From contig JAHLTZ010000003.1 in assembly GCA_025786725.1 (NCBI GenBank), positions 496,001-560,000 of the forward strand: a DNA stretch of 64,000 nt, written 5' to 3'. The notes below the pieces were generated by a model. The model ran no database searches. It was not told the DNA's origin and was given only the letters and a program-made list of their open reading frames with translations. Origin of the DNA: Syncephalis fuscata S228. Its lineage: Eukaryota > Fungi > Zoopagomycota. Positions 43,482 to 56,452 of this stretch are shown here, piece by piece. Positions within the stretch are counted from its first letter, which is position 1; each line of letters opens with the position of its first letter. The position numbers and the translations under genes were made by a program.

Positions 43482-44556
43482 ATGACTATCAAAGCACAAC
43501 AGTATGGCAAGGACCGTATTCGTTTGGTTAAAGTAGTTCGTGGAGCCAACGCTTGGCAAGATTTACATGAATTGACGGTAAGATTATGATGGCGAGCTAG
43601 TTTAGCATAACTAACACTGTAGTATACGTGTAGGTACGTGTACTGCTCGAGGGCGACTTTGAAGCCTCGTATACACACGCCGATAATACACTCGTTATTG
43701 CAACTGACTCAATGAAGAACACGGTCTATGCATTGGCCAAACAAAGCGAGCTTGTAGGACAGCCAGAACTATTTGCTCAAGTCGTGGCCCGCCATTTCCT
43801 CGATACTTACCCACATGTTAGTGGCGCGAATGTACGCGTCCATAAGCATCGATGGGCTCGACTAACAGTCGATGACCAGCTGCATCCACACTCATTCCGA
43901 CGCGACTCAAGTGAGCTTCGAGTTGCTGAAGCGCATGTCCGTCGCACGGCTAGCAAGAGCCACTACGAGCTAAGCTTGACCTCAGGCATTACTGGCCTAC
44001 TTGTTCTAAAGACGACAGGTTCAGCTTTTACCAACTTCTTACGCGACCAATTTACAACACTACCTGAGGCAGAGGATCGTATTCTTTCGACTGTTGTCGA
44101 TGCTAATTGGGTGTACCGCACGCAACAGCTGCCTGCTGCTAAGCTTACCGGCGATGCGTGGAAGGCGGCAGCAGCCAATCCTGGCAATAGAATTGCTAGT
44201 GATATTGACTACGAAGGCATCTACCAAGCGGTGCGTGATATTACCCTGACTGTATTCTCAAACGACCAGAGTGCATCAGTTCAAGCGACGCTTTACCGTA
44301 TGGCCCAGCAGATTCTTGACCGAGCACCAGAGGTCAACCTAGTGAGCTATGCCTTGCCTAACAAGCATGTATTTACGGTCAATTTGGAGCCATTTGGGCA
44401 ATCAAACGTTGGCAAAGATGCAACTATTTTTATGCCCTTTGACGATCCTGCTGGTAAGCAATTACTACTATCATTTCACATCTTTAACTGACACGTTTAT
44501 TTATTATAGGTCTTATTACAGCTACAATTACCCGCCACGCTGGAGCGAAACTCTAA
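43482..44556 (+). CDS. UOX: Urate oxidase (uricase), peroxisomal
   Basis: YGKDRIRLVKV, IATDSMKNTVYALAK, VLKTTGSAF, SASVQATLY, LPNKH; C-terminal PTS1 -AKL; two introns. Confidence 0.95.
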
Positions 44557-44788
44557 GTAGCATGCTTTGCAAACCAATTGCATTGTTGAGTTTAATAAAC
44601 GAGTCTGCCATTAATTTATATTGTTCATTAATTTTATAATTGGTATATCCACTCGATTACAAAACTCAAAATCGGCAATGATTAAAACTAATCCTAATGA
44701 TTGATCCATTTCTATTATTTGTATTTAAGCCATGTCTACTTGCTTCTAATAGTAGCCAAGTTTATTTATTATTATTTTCAACTGTAGA

Positions 44789-45347
44789 TTAAATGACGTG
44801 TGGCTTAGCATTGAATGGTGACCAAATACCACGAACCGAAGGTGTATCAGAAATAACAGGCTTCTTAAATACTTTTACTTTCATGCCACTCGTGTCGCGT
44901 AGTAATTGTACGGTTTCTGCAATACGTTTTGGTTCTGTGTTGCGGACACATACAATCTTCTCTCGTCCATTTACTATTGCATGCAAATTAATAAAAGTCA
45001 CGTTGATATACAGACTTGTATAGCTATACAGCTAACTACACTTACGATAGTATCCACGAATAATCGGATGTTTAGCAGGACGTGGAGTAACTAGAATCTC
45101 AATCTGAGGATTCTCCTTGGCAAATGGAATCAGATGCGTCTTCAAATACTCACTATTAAAAAGATTGCATTATATAGATTAGTTGGTCGAGGATCTAGAA
45201 TGATTAAGAAGTTGTAACAGCTTACTTGATTCCTCGGCTACTGCCACTTTTTTCGCAGTATTGGAAAACAAGCTTGCGGCATTGCAGCACAAATGCACCG
45301 ACGCCATTCTTGTTGATGGATAGCTGTCGTGCAGCTGTCGACGCCAT
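44789..45347 (-). CDS. MRPL51: Mitochondrial ribosomal protein mL43
   Basis: NGVGAFVLQCRKLVFQYCEKSGSSRGI...NGREKIVCVRN...SVRGIWSPF. Confidence 0.9.
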
Positions 45348-45703
45348 GTCGTAAGGATTTGCGTAATGGCCGTACGAAAACGGAACAAACAAAGTGGTGA
45401 AAAAATATTGTTAGCCAATTCGATTACCATCACCACCACTTTGCCTTACCCATTAATGACTCACTCTGTATATTTCATTAATAGTGACTCAAACTATAGA
45501 TAACTAAATACACGTCCAGTAGATTAGTAAGCTTACTATATGTTTATCTGGAATATAGCGCTATGGTAATAAATAAATATAAATATTTATGTATAAATAG
45601 TGCCATGTTTGCGCATGGTTTAGTGTGTACAATAACCATTAGTCTATTTGTTGAAGTGTATTCTACATCAATCTATCGTCGGTCTTTTATTTCATTTAGT
45701 ACC

Positions 45704-46908
45704 ATGTCGGATACATCATTGCCTATCATTGATTTTGCACCGTTCTTAAGCCCGGATGCTACGAATGAGGATCGGCTTACTATTGCTAAGCAAATCGATG
45801 CAGCGTGCCGTGATTATGGGTAAGTGGCTGTTAATTGGCTATATTAGCCATATTAATACCATTATGCAACAGATTCTTTTATTTGATTAATCATGGTGTG
45901 CCACAAGAGCAATACGATGGCATCCACAAGCTAGCAAGACAGTTTTTGCCCAGTCCAGCGAGGAGAAAAAAAATATAGCGTGGATGGCCTGTTTCGTGGC
46001 TATCGACACTTTGCAAGGCAAATCAACGGAAACGAGCATACGCATCACGAGACAATTGCATTAGCACAATCTGTACGATATCTGTCAAATGGCCGTATTC
46101 CTGGTGACGCCGATGCTCAAGAGGACACCAATGCACCCGATATAATAGGTCTTCAAAATACTTACCCCATCCAGATTTGCATAAGATTACTCAAGCTTAT
46201 ATTGAACAGCTTACGCAGCTTAGTGCACAGCTTGTGACGGCAATGTCGATAGGAATTGGTTCAAAAGACACAGAGTTTGATTGGATGCGTGATGCTTTCC
46301 GCGTACTTCGCATGGCATCTTATCCTAAGCTAGACGATGCCAGCATAGAATCAGGTGGTTATAGCTTAGAGGCCCACGCCGATTCAAGGTAAATCGCTAG
46401 ATGGCGTTAGCACTGTATTCACTAACCGGTCGTTGTTTTGTTTAGCTTTTTGACACTGTTAAATCAGGTAGATAGATTGCAATTGTTTAAAAAAACTGCT
46501 TTATTAATGCATTAATATAGGACTCTACAGTGACATCACTGCAGGCTATGAATAAACAAGGAGAATGGTACTATGTTAAGCCTGTGCCAAATAGTTTTGT
46601 GGTCAATGTGGGCGACATGGCAGTGGTATGGTGTTGGAATGATAGCAGATTAACGAAAAGATAACAAAAAATTATTATTATAGGTTTGGTCGAATAAAAA
46701 ATATACAGCCGCTGTGCATCGTGTAATTCACCAAGGAGCGACAACTCGCTATTCTGTTCCCTTTTTCTATGAGCCACGTTTTGATTCAACTGTTTATCCA
46801 GTTGTTGATAAAGATCCCGAGTCTGAATCTAATGCAATACCTACTTGCTTTGGCAATTTCCTTATAGAAAAGATTGGCAATTTCTATCAGTATGATATTA
46901 AAAAATAA
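45704..46908 (+). CDS. 2OG-Fe(II) oxygenase, IPNS/DIOX_N family
   Basis: LPIIDFAPF, ACRDYG|FFYLINHGVP, HAD (HxD), VNVGDM, VHRV and RYSVPFFYEP. Confidence 0.88.
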
Positions 46909-47664
46909 ATTGATTTATTTTGCATTCAGTAGCTGTGTAGCTAGAAATTAAACTATTTGGCGTTGATTTGTATAAAGTGTAGCCTAATAAAGCCTGGATG
47001 TTTTTAATATTTTCGTTAACGCAGCGTATCAGCTTATATAGTTGTTGGTATGTTTACAATGAACAAGTAGCTACTCGTCATATTGTCGTAATAAACGTAT
47101 GTCGCTAGTAATTAGTACTGATATCTAATAGATATATTGTTCTTGTAACCGTTTATGTGTAAGATGTTTTTCAATTATATAATATTTTTTAAACGCACTT
47201 TTACAAAACTTTGTCCATAATACTATGATGGTAACATTATAATAAATATGAAAGTGTATTAAAATACAAGCATTTTTGCGCAACACCGAGTAACTGGTAG
47301 ATTGGGGCCTATGGTAAACCTGCTAAGCAACGTACTTGCCTTTTCTCGAATTATTTTTTCAGAACTATAAACAGTACCTGTTCATGGCATATTTTAATGA
47401 TTGGCCAACTGTTTGGAGAAGTTTTTAAAACGAGGCAGAAGCTAATGAATAAATATAAAGTATAAGACTTGTACACTCTGTGGCTATTTACACAATCGTC
47501 CTTATCGCATATTATAGTTACTCTTTATTGCTCCACTTACGGTTCGTGAACCAATTTACTATACTCTGCGAGTATTATTATTACAAGCTTATACACAGTG
47601 TAAAGCAGTGCAATATTGGTATTTATTATAGCCATTAAATGCATAAATTTTAAATTGGCCAATC

Positions 47665-50600
47665 ATGCAACCAATGATCGATTCCCGCCCGCTTTTACTA
47701 GCAATTATTGCAGGTGTAATTACAAATACATGGCAGACTATAGACGCTAAACGTCATCATCATCATCGCCAACAATATTATCCACAGAATTACAATCATA
47801 ATTATTATCAACAACAAAACTATCAACAAAATTATTACCGACATCAACAACAAAATCATTATCAGCAGCAGCAGACTAGCATCGATAGCCCACCAATTCG
47901 GACCCCACAACATGATTCAAGCTACAACAACCAAACTGTGAAACAGGAACCGTCCAAACCTGACAATTCATCGTTGGAACAGCAGCCTGTACCACAGAGT
48001 ACACGAGGCCTGGTGCCCACAGCGTATGTTGTTGAGTTAACTGCTCAGCCTGGGACTAATGAGGTAGTCGCACAGCAACAAGAGTTTTTTCGGCAAGCTG
48101 AAAAAGTCTTATCCCTGGTCCTCGCGCAACCTACAATCGGTTAATGAACGCTGTTGCCTTTAACATTCTAAAAGGTGGTGAATGGTATCTGCAGCGTCTG
48201 GCGACACTACCTATGGTAAAAGCAATTGAGCCACTGGAAAAAGGACTTAAGCACTCTAATATTTTAAATGCATCCGGCAACGAAGCAATACAGCTTCGCC
48301 GACGCCAGTCAGTGGATACCAATAAAGATTTTGAGGCTGGTCGAGGAGTTAAGATTGGTATTATCGACACAGGCATCGATTATCTTCATTCTGCTTTGGG
48401 GGGCTGCTTTGGCAAAGGCTGCAAGGTGACCTATGGCTACGATTTTGTTGGTGATAATTACAATGGTGCTAATATGCCGCATCCCGATGCTGATCCCATG
48501 GACAGTTGTAATGGCCATGGTACGCATGTGGCTGGCATTATTGCGGCCCAGTCATCCTATGTAATCGGTGTGGCACCTGCTGCTACACTTGGCGCATACC
48601 GTGTTTTTGGCTGTGAAGGCACAGTAACTACAGATGTGCTAATGAGCGCAATGGAACGTGCTTTTGTCGATGGCATGGACATTGTTAATATATCTATTGG
48701 CAGTCGACGTTATTTTGTCAATGTATTTGATGCTCGTATGGCACAGGCACTAGTCAATTTGGGCGTTGTCGTCGTGGCGTCGGCCGGTAACAGTGGCGAC
48801 CTTGATATGTTTTCCGTCACTAGTCCGGGAACTGCACCAGGCGTCATTTCCGTTGGTTCTATTAACCCAGAAAAAAGTAACGTGTTCTTTTTTACCGAAC
48901 TTCAAACAAAAGAGCAGTTTACATATATTACTGCCAAGGTTATGAGTATACCACCATCTACTACAAGCAATATAACGACTACTGGATTCGATAACGCAGA
49001 AGCATGTCGACCGTTATCGCAATCTTATAAACACAAGTTTTTATTGGTCGATCGTGGGCAATGTACATTTGAAATTAAGGCACAGCATGCTAGCAAAGCA
49101 GGTGCCATTGGTCTTATTATAGCAAATAACGGTGAATCGCTTCAAGAGCCAGATATTAGCACTGGTATAAAAATCCCCGTGTTGATGGTTTTGCAAAGCA
49201 CGGGGAAACGACTTAAAAGTCTACTAACAAAGCCAGGAAATAACCAAACGCTTAAAGTCAAATGGAACCTATCGCCAACCAATGAACATGTTGCACGCGA
49301 GTGGGGATGGTCATCGTTTTCATCCTATGGGCCATCCGCGTCTATGAAAGGTTTTAAGCCAGAAGTGGTTGCCTATGGCGTTAAAATATTTAGCACTTAT
49401 CCGACACAACTTGGTTCGTATGCCATTCGAACGGGAACCAGTATGTCGGCACCTTACGTAGCAGGTACAGCAGCATTAATTTTACAACGTTCAGTAGCTG
49501 GCGTTCCGTTCAAACAGCGACCAACAGCCGTTCGTCGTATCTTGACCCAAACAGCAGATCCACAAGTATGGCAACAACATTTAACCTCCAATGAATTATC
49601 AGATCGTGTCTTGCCGCCATTACATTGTGGCTCGGGTCTAGCAAGAGCTGATGCTACGTCAGAGGCTACATGGGGATTTGATGTTGAAGGCATTACAATT
49701 TATCCCGATCAATACAATCGACCGACCATGTTCAATGCCACCAATGTCGCCTTTACCGGACATGTTCCTCAAGGAACAATAAAATTTCGACTTGAACTGG
49801 CGCCCTCTATTTCAAACTGGGTCATGGGCCATCCTCAGAATGGACTGGCCACCAGCACAATCAATATCTGGGACATGTATTCAATCACTCCAAGCACATT
49901 AAATATTGGGCCAGGTACATCTAATATAAGCGTAAATACGCCAACAAAGTATATATTTAATTTAATACTTGGGTCACAATCGATTAGTCCAAACATTGAC
50001 ACACTTTGGATTCACTCTGGTTTTATTGTAGCGGAGCACATTGCAGCATCCAATGGTAGAAAGACTGTACGAAGAATTCCGTTTCAATCAATTCTCGGTG
50101 CAAAATACAACATTAATCCTATACAAAAAACAAATAACTATCCAAAACTTGATAAATTCAATGGAGCAGCTCTTTTGCCAGAGACAGCACCTGCCATCAT
50201 CAACGGTAAACCGTTAAGTGTGGCGCTACGTTTCCGTCTTCTAACTCCTACTCAACAATTGTTTGCTCTTGTGGAGGATGCGGCAAGCAATCGCACACTT
50301 GGCATGGTACCTGGCTCAAAATCATTCAATGTGGATGCACAAGACAATATTAAGGACTCAGATTTCCTACTAACGTGGAACGGTGCAATTCAGATTTCCA
50401 ATCCATCGAATCCAAAACAAAGTAAGATAGCACCTGTACCCGATGGAAAATACCGTGTACGTCTATTTGTGCTTCGTCCAGGTCTTAATGCCACTAATCA
50501 ATTAAATTACGACACATGGCTAACACCGATTATTACCGTTTCAGGTATTGTCGCTAAAGCACAGACTCAAAATACCGCTGCTATAGTTAATGAAAATGCT

Positions 50601-50669
50601 GGTACTATTAACTCAGTAGTGCCTAAAATCCAAACTATGAGCGTATTTCTGCACAATAATTTGAATTAA
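47665..50669 (+). CDS. Secreted subtilisin (S8) with PA domain; frameshift near 48110-48140 between prepro and catalytic regions
   Basis: IIDTGIDY, GHGTHVAG, SAGNSG, GTSMSAPYVAG; PA domain RGQCTFEIKA; signal peptide and Gln/Tyr-rich N-terminus. Confidence 0.92.
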
Positions 50670-51011
50670 AACAGCCATTATATTACTAGTCTGCAGTTAA
50701 CTTTTAATAAACAAATATATTATTTATTTACATAGTTATAGCAGGGGTAGTGACTTAAACTGGGAGCAGCAAATCATTTTACACAATCAATTGTAGTAAT
50801 TTAAATAATCGACAAGTTGATTGGATTAATTTGTGTTTAAATGATCATTTACAATAAATATTAACGTAATATAATATCATTATCATTTTCATAAAATAGA
50901 ATATAATTAATGTAATAGAACATTGTATCAGTAATAATATTAAACATTTAAATAAATAATGTAACATACTATTTGATTTCATTGAAACATTTGAGACATA
51001 TCATTATTGAT

Positions 51012-51183
51012 GTTGGCCATGCGTAGAAATATTGATTAAATATCAATAAAAGCGATTGATCGTGATTCCATATCGTTTCGCATTGATTGTTGTTGCATCT
51101 ATATACAGCGTGGATTATTGCACCTGAATGGTCTCTATTTTTCAATTTTTACTGTTGATTTTGGGCATATTGCAATGTAAGAT
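51012..51183 (+). repeat. Dispersed ~175-bp repeat, copy 2
   Basis: gttggccatgcgtagaaatattgattaaatatc...gtggattattgcacctgaatg...gcatattgcaatgtaagat. Confidence 0.7.
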
Positions 51184-52660
51184 ACTCGTTTATGTGACAA
51201 AAAGGTAGGACGACTAGCATTTCTGATGTTCACCATTGTCTTGAGCATTCTTGGTATCAACTTCGTAGGTGCTGATGCTTTGCCGACCATTGATCAAGCA
51301 AATGGCCTCCACCATATGCAATAATGCTAAATTGAGTGTCTTCACCAGGAAAATCTTGTAGCACAATTGTAACTAGAATATACGACATGCCGTTGAGGTT
51401 ACTTGAACAGGTGTTGATGTAAAAAAGAGAAATAAAGACTAGTAATTAAATAATGTTTTTATTGATGTTCAAATATACATGCTATTTATATTGTTATATT
51501 TGGTATTATCACGTAATATATTACTGAAGAGAACGATAAGATAAAAATAAGAAAAAGAAAGTGAAATGAGTAAATGAAAATGTGAAAGTCAAAGTAAAAA
51601 TATTTAATTATGCAAATATTACATACTCAATCCGATGGTTTATTTCATATATAGCTATACAATTTTATTAATGGTCAATAAATAAAAATAATCTACCTTT
51701 CTATCATTGCAATTATGTATACTATTAGCTGCTTACTTTGATAACTAGTTAGATTAAGCTTTATAATAGTTGATTTGGTTGGTGGTCGTATAAATGTAGA
51801 TATATAAAAAGTTACAATGTGATTGTAAATATTTATCCGTACAAACAACCAAAATTATAAATTATAGTGACAATAATAAGTTATTTAATTACTAAAACTT
51901 ATTGCTTTAATTCTATCTACAGCTCTCTGTTTTCCGTGCGTTATTTTGGTTTAATATGCTGCTGTTCTAATTGCATCAGCAACGGTCAACTTTTTGATAA
52001 ATATAGTCCAGCTTAGCATGGCTATAATAATTTGCTATAGGTTAAACGAGTAAGCCTTTAAGCTGATAATTGTTTTTCCATTGGCTTCTGTCTTGGCCTA
52101 TTCTTCTATATTTCATCTTGCTTGACTTGTCAGAAGTGGTTTCAGAAATGTGGAGAGAACTTAGGCCTTGGATGGTTACCAATTGATATGCAATCCACGG
52201 TCACTATGCACTCGAAATTGTCGATATTTGAGCAAAAATTTTTATTGTATCTAGTTCAGTGTCCGCATATTGTAATGTGTATAATTTAGCCAATGAAATT
52301 TAGTCTACAGCTGAAAAACTGATAAAAATAACTTGTTAAAATATCTCATTGCTTAAAATGTTGTGGTGAATCATACCATAAACAGTACTTATTGTATAAT
52401 TGATTTCAGGTAATTTGGATTAGCCGTCATTTGAATGATATCAGTTGCACATGTGGCATGATATGCCTGGATGTGCTGCATTGTGAATTCAAAGCAATGA
52501 TTACCCGATAACAATGGGCATAGTGTCGAATGAAATACATACATGTACCAATCAGCACACTTTATAATTAAGGAGTTATGAGTGGCTTATGTATGGGAGT
52601 AAAAACCTGTATAAAATACCATTCTGATACATTAAACTTGTTTTTGCGTCAGTGTTGTAC

Positions 52661-53135
52661 GCTATTTGTATGTATGCAGATATTGGGACCCGAGTCATTC
52701 AGTGGAAGTGACAGCAAAAACAGCATTATCGCTTTTATAAAACCAAACAATATACTTGTTTTCACCAAGTAGTTAGACCTTGTAATAAAAAATACGACTA
52801 ATGTGTCTATCTCTATCATATGTGTACTGAATTATTATCATTATTGTGTTATTACTGTAAATGACTAGCAGATTGAAGTAAAGGCCGGGCAGATTATGTG
52901 CTATTTTGTATGCATGCAGATATCGGGGCCCAAGTCATTCGGTGGAAGTGACAGCAAAGGCATCATTATCGTTTTTACAAAACCAAACAATATACTTGTT
53001 TTTATTAAATAGTTAGATCGTGTAACAGAAAATACAGAATAATATACCTATCTCTATCGCATATGCACCGGATTATTACCATTATTGTTTCATTCCTGTA
53101 AATGATGGCAGCTTAAAGTAAAGACCAGGCAGGTT
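52661..53135. repeat. Two-copy tandem duplication, ~240-bp unit, upstream of the microexon gene
   Basis: gctatttgtatgtatgcagatattgggacccgagtcattcagtggaagtgacagc... at 52661 recurs with substitutions at ~52900. Confidence 0.85.
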
Positions 53136-53432
53136 AAAATTAAGACTGGGAACATTCTATCATACCACGAATCTATTGGTACCCGCACGTTTCAAACCAT
53201 TATTTAGATTGCTTCATTGGTTCATATTACACATCAATGGTATGCCTCGTATGCTACAGCATACCAGTACCTCAGCATAACCATAGATTTAAATAGCCCA
53301 CAAAATATACACAACCAACTAAAATATCATCACCACACTCTACTTCTTACTAAACACACACTACTCTTCACTTTACACTTACCACACTCTACTATCTCTT
53401 TTATTTGTTTGTCTTAACAAATCAATATCACC

Positions 53433-56400
53433 ATGAAGCTTTCCATTGCCGTCGTTTGCACCATTGCCATTGCGCTTGTGGCCGTCACAACCATGGTGGA
53501 TGCTAATCCAGCGTTAGTTCGTCGTGGTGGTATGTTGCAATAACAATAAATATGCCATATCATTATATTTACTAACAGTATTGCTAACTAATGATTATAA
53601 TAGCCAGTAGGTTGTATTATATACTACTTGACTATAAATTAACTATATTATTGATTAATTGTACCGTTTATTTAATATTAATAGAGGGTAAGTTGTACTA
53701 TATATTGCTTAACTATACATTAACTATGTGCCATATACTGTATTTATCAACAACTTAATATTAATAGAATGTAAGTTGTATTGTATATCAATTGATTACT
53801 TAATAATTATATACTTTGTACTGTGTGCATCAATGTTTAATACTAATAGGCAGTAAGTGATATTGTATACTAGTGACCTATAAATTAATTCTATACCATG
53901 TATTATTTGTATCAACAACTTAATGTCATAGAGGGTAAGGTGTATTGTGTATTAACTGGCTATGAACTAATTTTATATTATCCCCGTGTATATCAACAAT
54001 TTAATATTAATAGAATGTAAGTTATATTGCATATTAATTAATTATTCACTAATCATATATTATGTACTGTGTGTACCAACGGCTTAATAATAATAGGCGG
54101 TAAGCAGCATTATCTGTTGCTGACTTATAAATTAATTATATACCATACACTATGTGTATCAATAACTTGATGGAATAGTTAGTAAGTAACATTACATATT
54201 AACTGACTATGCACTAATTATACATAATGTACTATGTGTATCAACAATTTAATTCAATAGAAAGTAAGCTATATTATATATTAACTAATTACTCACTAAT
54301 TATATCTATGCACTGTATGCATCAACAAATATTAATAGACTGTAAGTAGCATTGTATATTGGTGATTTATACATTGATTATATACCACTTATTGTGTATA
54401 TCAATAACGTAATATTAATAGGCTGTAAGTACCATTATATATTGATGGTTTATAAATTAATTATGTGCCATGCACTGTGTATCAACGAATTAATATATTA
54501 GTGAGTAAGTAACATTGCATATTAACTGACTATACATTAATAATGCTATTTACTAATTGTACCGATTATTTAATATTAATAGATGGTAAGTATTATTGTA
54601 TATTAATTAACTATACATTAACTATACTATTTACTGATTGTACCAATTATTTAATATTAATAGCCAGTAAGTGATATTGTATATTAACTGAATATACATT
54701 AATCATGTTACTTACTGATTGTACTAATTATTTAATATTAATAGATTGTAAGTGATATTGTATATTAAATGAATATACATTAATCATGTTACTTACTAAT
54801 GGTATTAATTATTTAATATTAATAGCCAGTAAGTGATATTGTATATTAACTGACTATACATTAACCATGTCACTTACTGATTGTACCAATTATTTAATAT
54901 TAATAGCTGGTATGTTATATTGTATATTAACTGAATATACATTAATCATGCTATTTACTAATTATACCGATTACTTAATATTAATAGATTGTAAGTGATA
55001 TTTTATATTAGCTGACTATACATTAATTATAATATTTACTGATTGTACCAATTATTTAATATTAATAGCTAGTAAGTGATATTGTATATTAACTGAATAT
55101 ACATTAATCATGTTACTTACTGATTGTACTAATTATTTAATATTAATAGAACGTAAGTGATATTGTATATTAAATGAATATACATTAGTCATTCTATTTA
55201 CTAATTGTACCGATTATTTAATATTAATAGCCAGTAAGTGATATTTTATATTAACTGACTATACATTAACCATGTCACTTACTGATTGTACCAATTATTT
55301 AATATTAATAGCTGGTATGTTATATCGCATATTAACTGACTACATTAATAATGCTATTTACTAATTGTACCAATTATTTAATATTAATAGCTGGTATGTT
55401 ATATTGTATATTAACTGACTATACATTAATCATGCTATTTACTAATTGTACCGATTATTTAATATTAATAGATTGTAAGTGATATTTTATATTAGCTGAC
55501 TATACACTAATAATGCTATTTACTAATTGTACCGATTACTTAATATTAATAGATTGTAAGTGATATTGTATATTAACTGACTATACACTAATAATGCTAT
55601 TTACTAATTGTACCGATTGTTTAATATGAATAGGCTGTAAGTGATATTGCATATTAACTGACTATACATTCACTATGCTATTTACTGATTGTATCAATTG
55701 TTTAATATGAATAGGGGGTAGGTAATATTGCATATTAACCGAATATACATTAACCATGCTATTTACTGATTGTATCAATTGTTTAATATTAATAGATAGT
55801 AAGTGATATTGTATATTAATTGGCTATAAATTAATTATGCTATTTGCTGATGATACCGATTATTTAATGTTAATAGAATGTATGTGAAATTTTGGATCAA
55901 TTGAATATTCACTAATCACATGCTATTTATTGTATCCATTAACAAATTAATATTAATAGGCAGTAAGTAGAATTATATATTAACTAAATATGCACTAATT
56001 CTATACCATGTATTGTATATATAAATAACTTAATATAAAAGGACGTAAGTTGTATTATGTGTCAATTAACTACTTGCTAATTATATATTATGTATTATGC
56101 TTATCAATGGCTTAATATTAATAGAATGTAAGTCATATTGTATATTAATTGAACATTGGCTAATTATATACCATGCACCATGTATATTAATAACTTAATA
56201 TTAGCTAAATGTAATTTGTATTGTATATTAATTGAGCATTGGTTAATTATATATCACATATTGTGTACATTAATAATTTAATATTAATAGGCTGTAAGTA
56301 GTATTGTATATTGACGGCTTATACATTAATTATATACCGCTTATTGTGTATATCAACAACTTAATATTAATAGACTGTAAGTAGCATTGTATATTGCTGC

Positions 56401-56452
56401 CTTATAAATTAATTTATGACATATAACATCTTTATTTGTAAATACAGCATAA
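53433..56452 (+). CDS. Secreted 6-Cys prepropeptide encoded by 35 microexons (36 introns)
   Basis: Exon 1 is 53433-53529, then 34 three-nt exons and one six-nt exon, each between AG and GT(A/G) at ~81-nt spacing; last exon CA-TAA at 56448-56452. Spliced: MKLSIAVVCTIAIALVAVTTMVDANPALVRRGAKECKECVKNCLNANSTDSKPTADYCWDKCRQSKCYS*. Confidence 0.88.
53530..56447 (+). repeat. Tandem array of ~78-83-bp intron+microexon units
   Basis: Consensus gtaagtgatattgtatattaactgactatacattaatcatgctatttactaattgtaccgattatttaatattaatag+NNN. Units from 54502 to 55879 are almost all 81 bp. Confidence 0.95.

Noticed and set aside
51190-51400. GC-richer patch that might be a small gene
   Set aside because: No convincing ORF, splice pattern or motif on either strand.
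54502-54504. TGA microexon as a stop or Sec codon
   Set aside because: The exons are phase 1, so these bases are read as t+TG (Leu) and A+at (Asn), not as TGA.
53530-56447. CRISPR array or plain minisatellite interpretation of the 81-bp repeats
   Set aside because: The context is eukaryotic with no cas genes. The variable part is only 3 nt, always between AG and GT, and it splices into a coherent Cys-patterned ORF.
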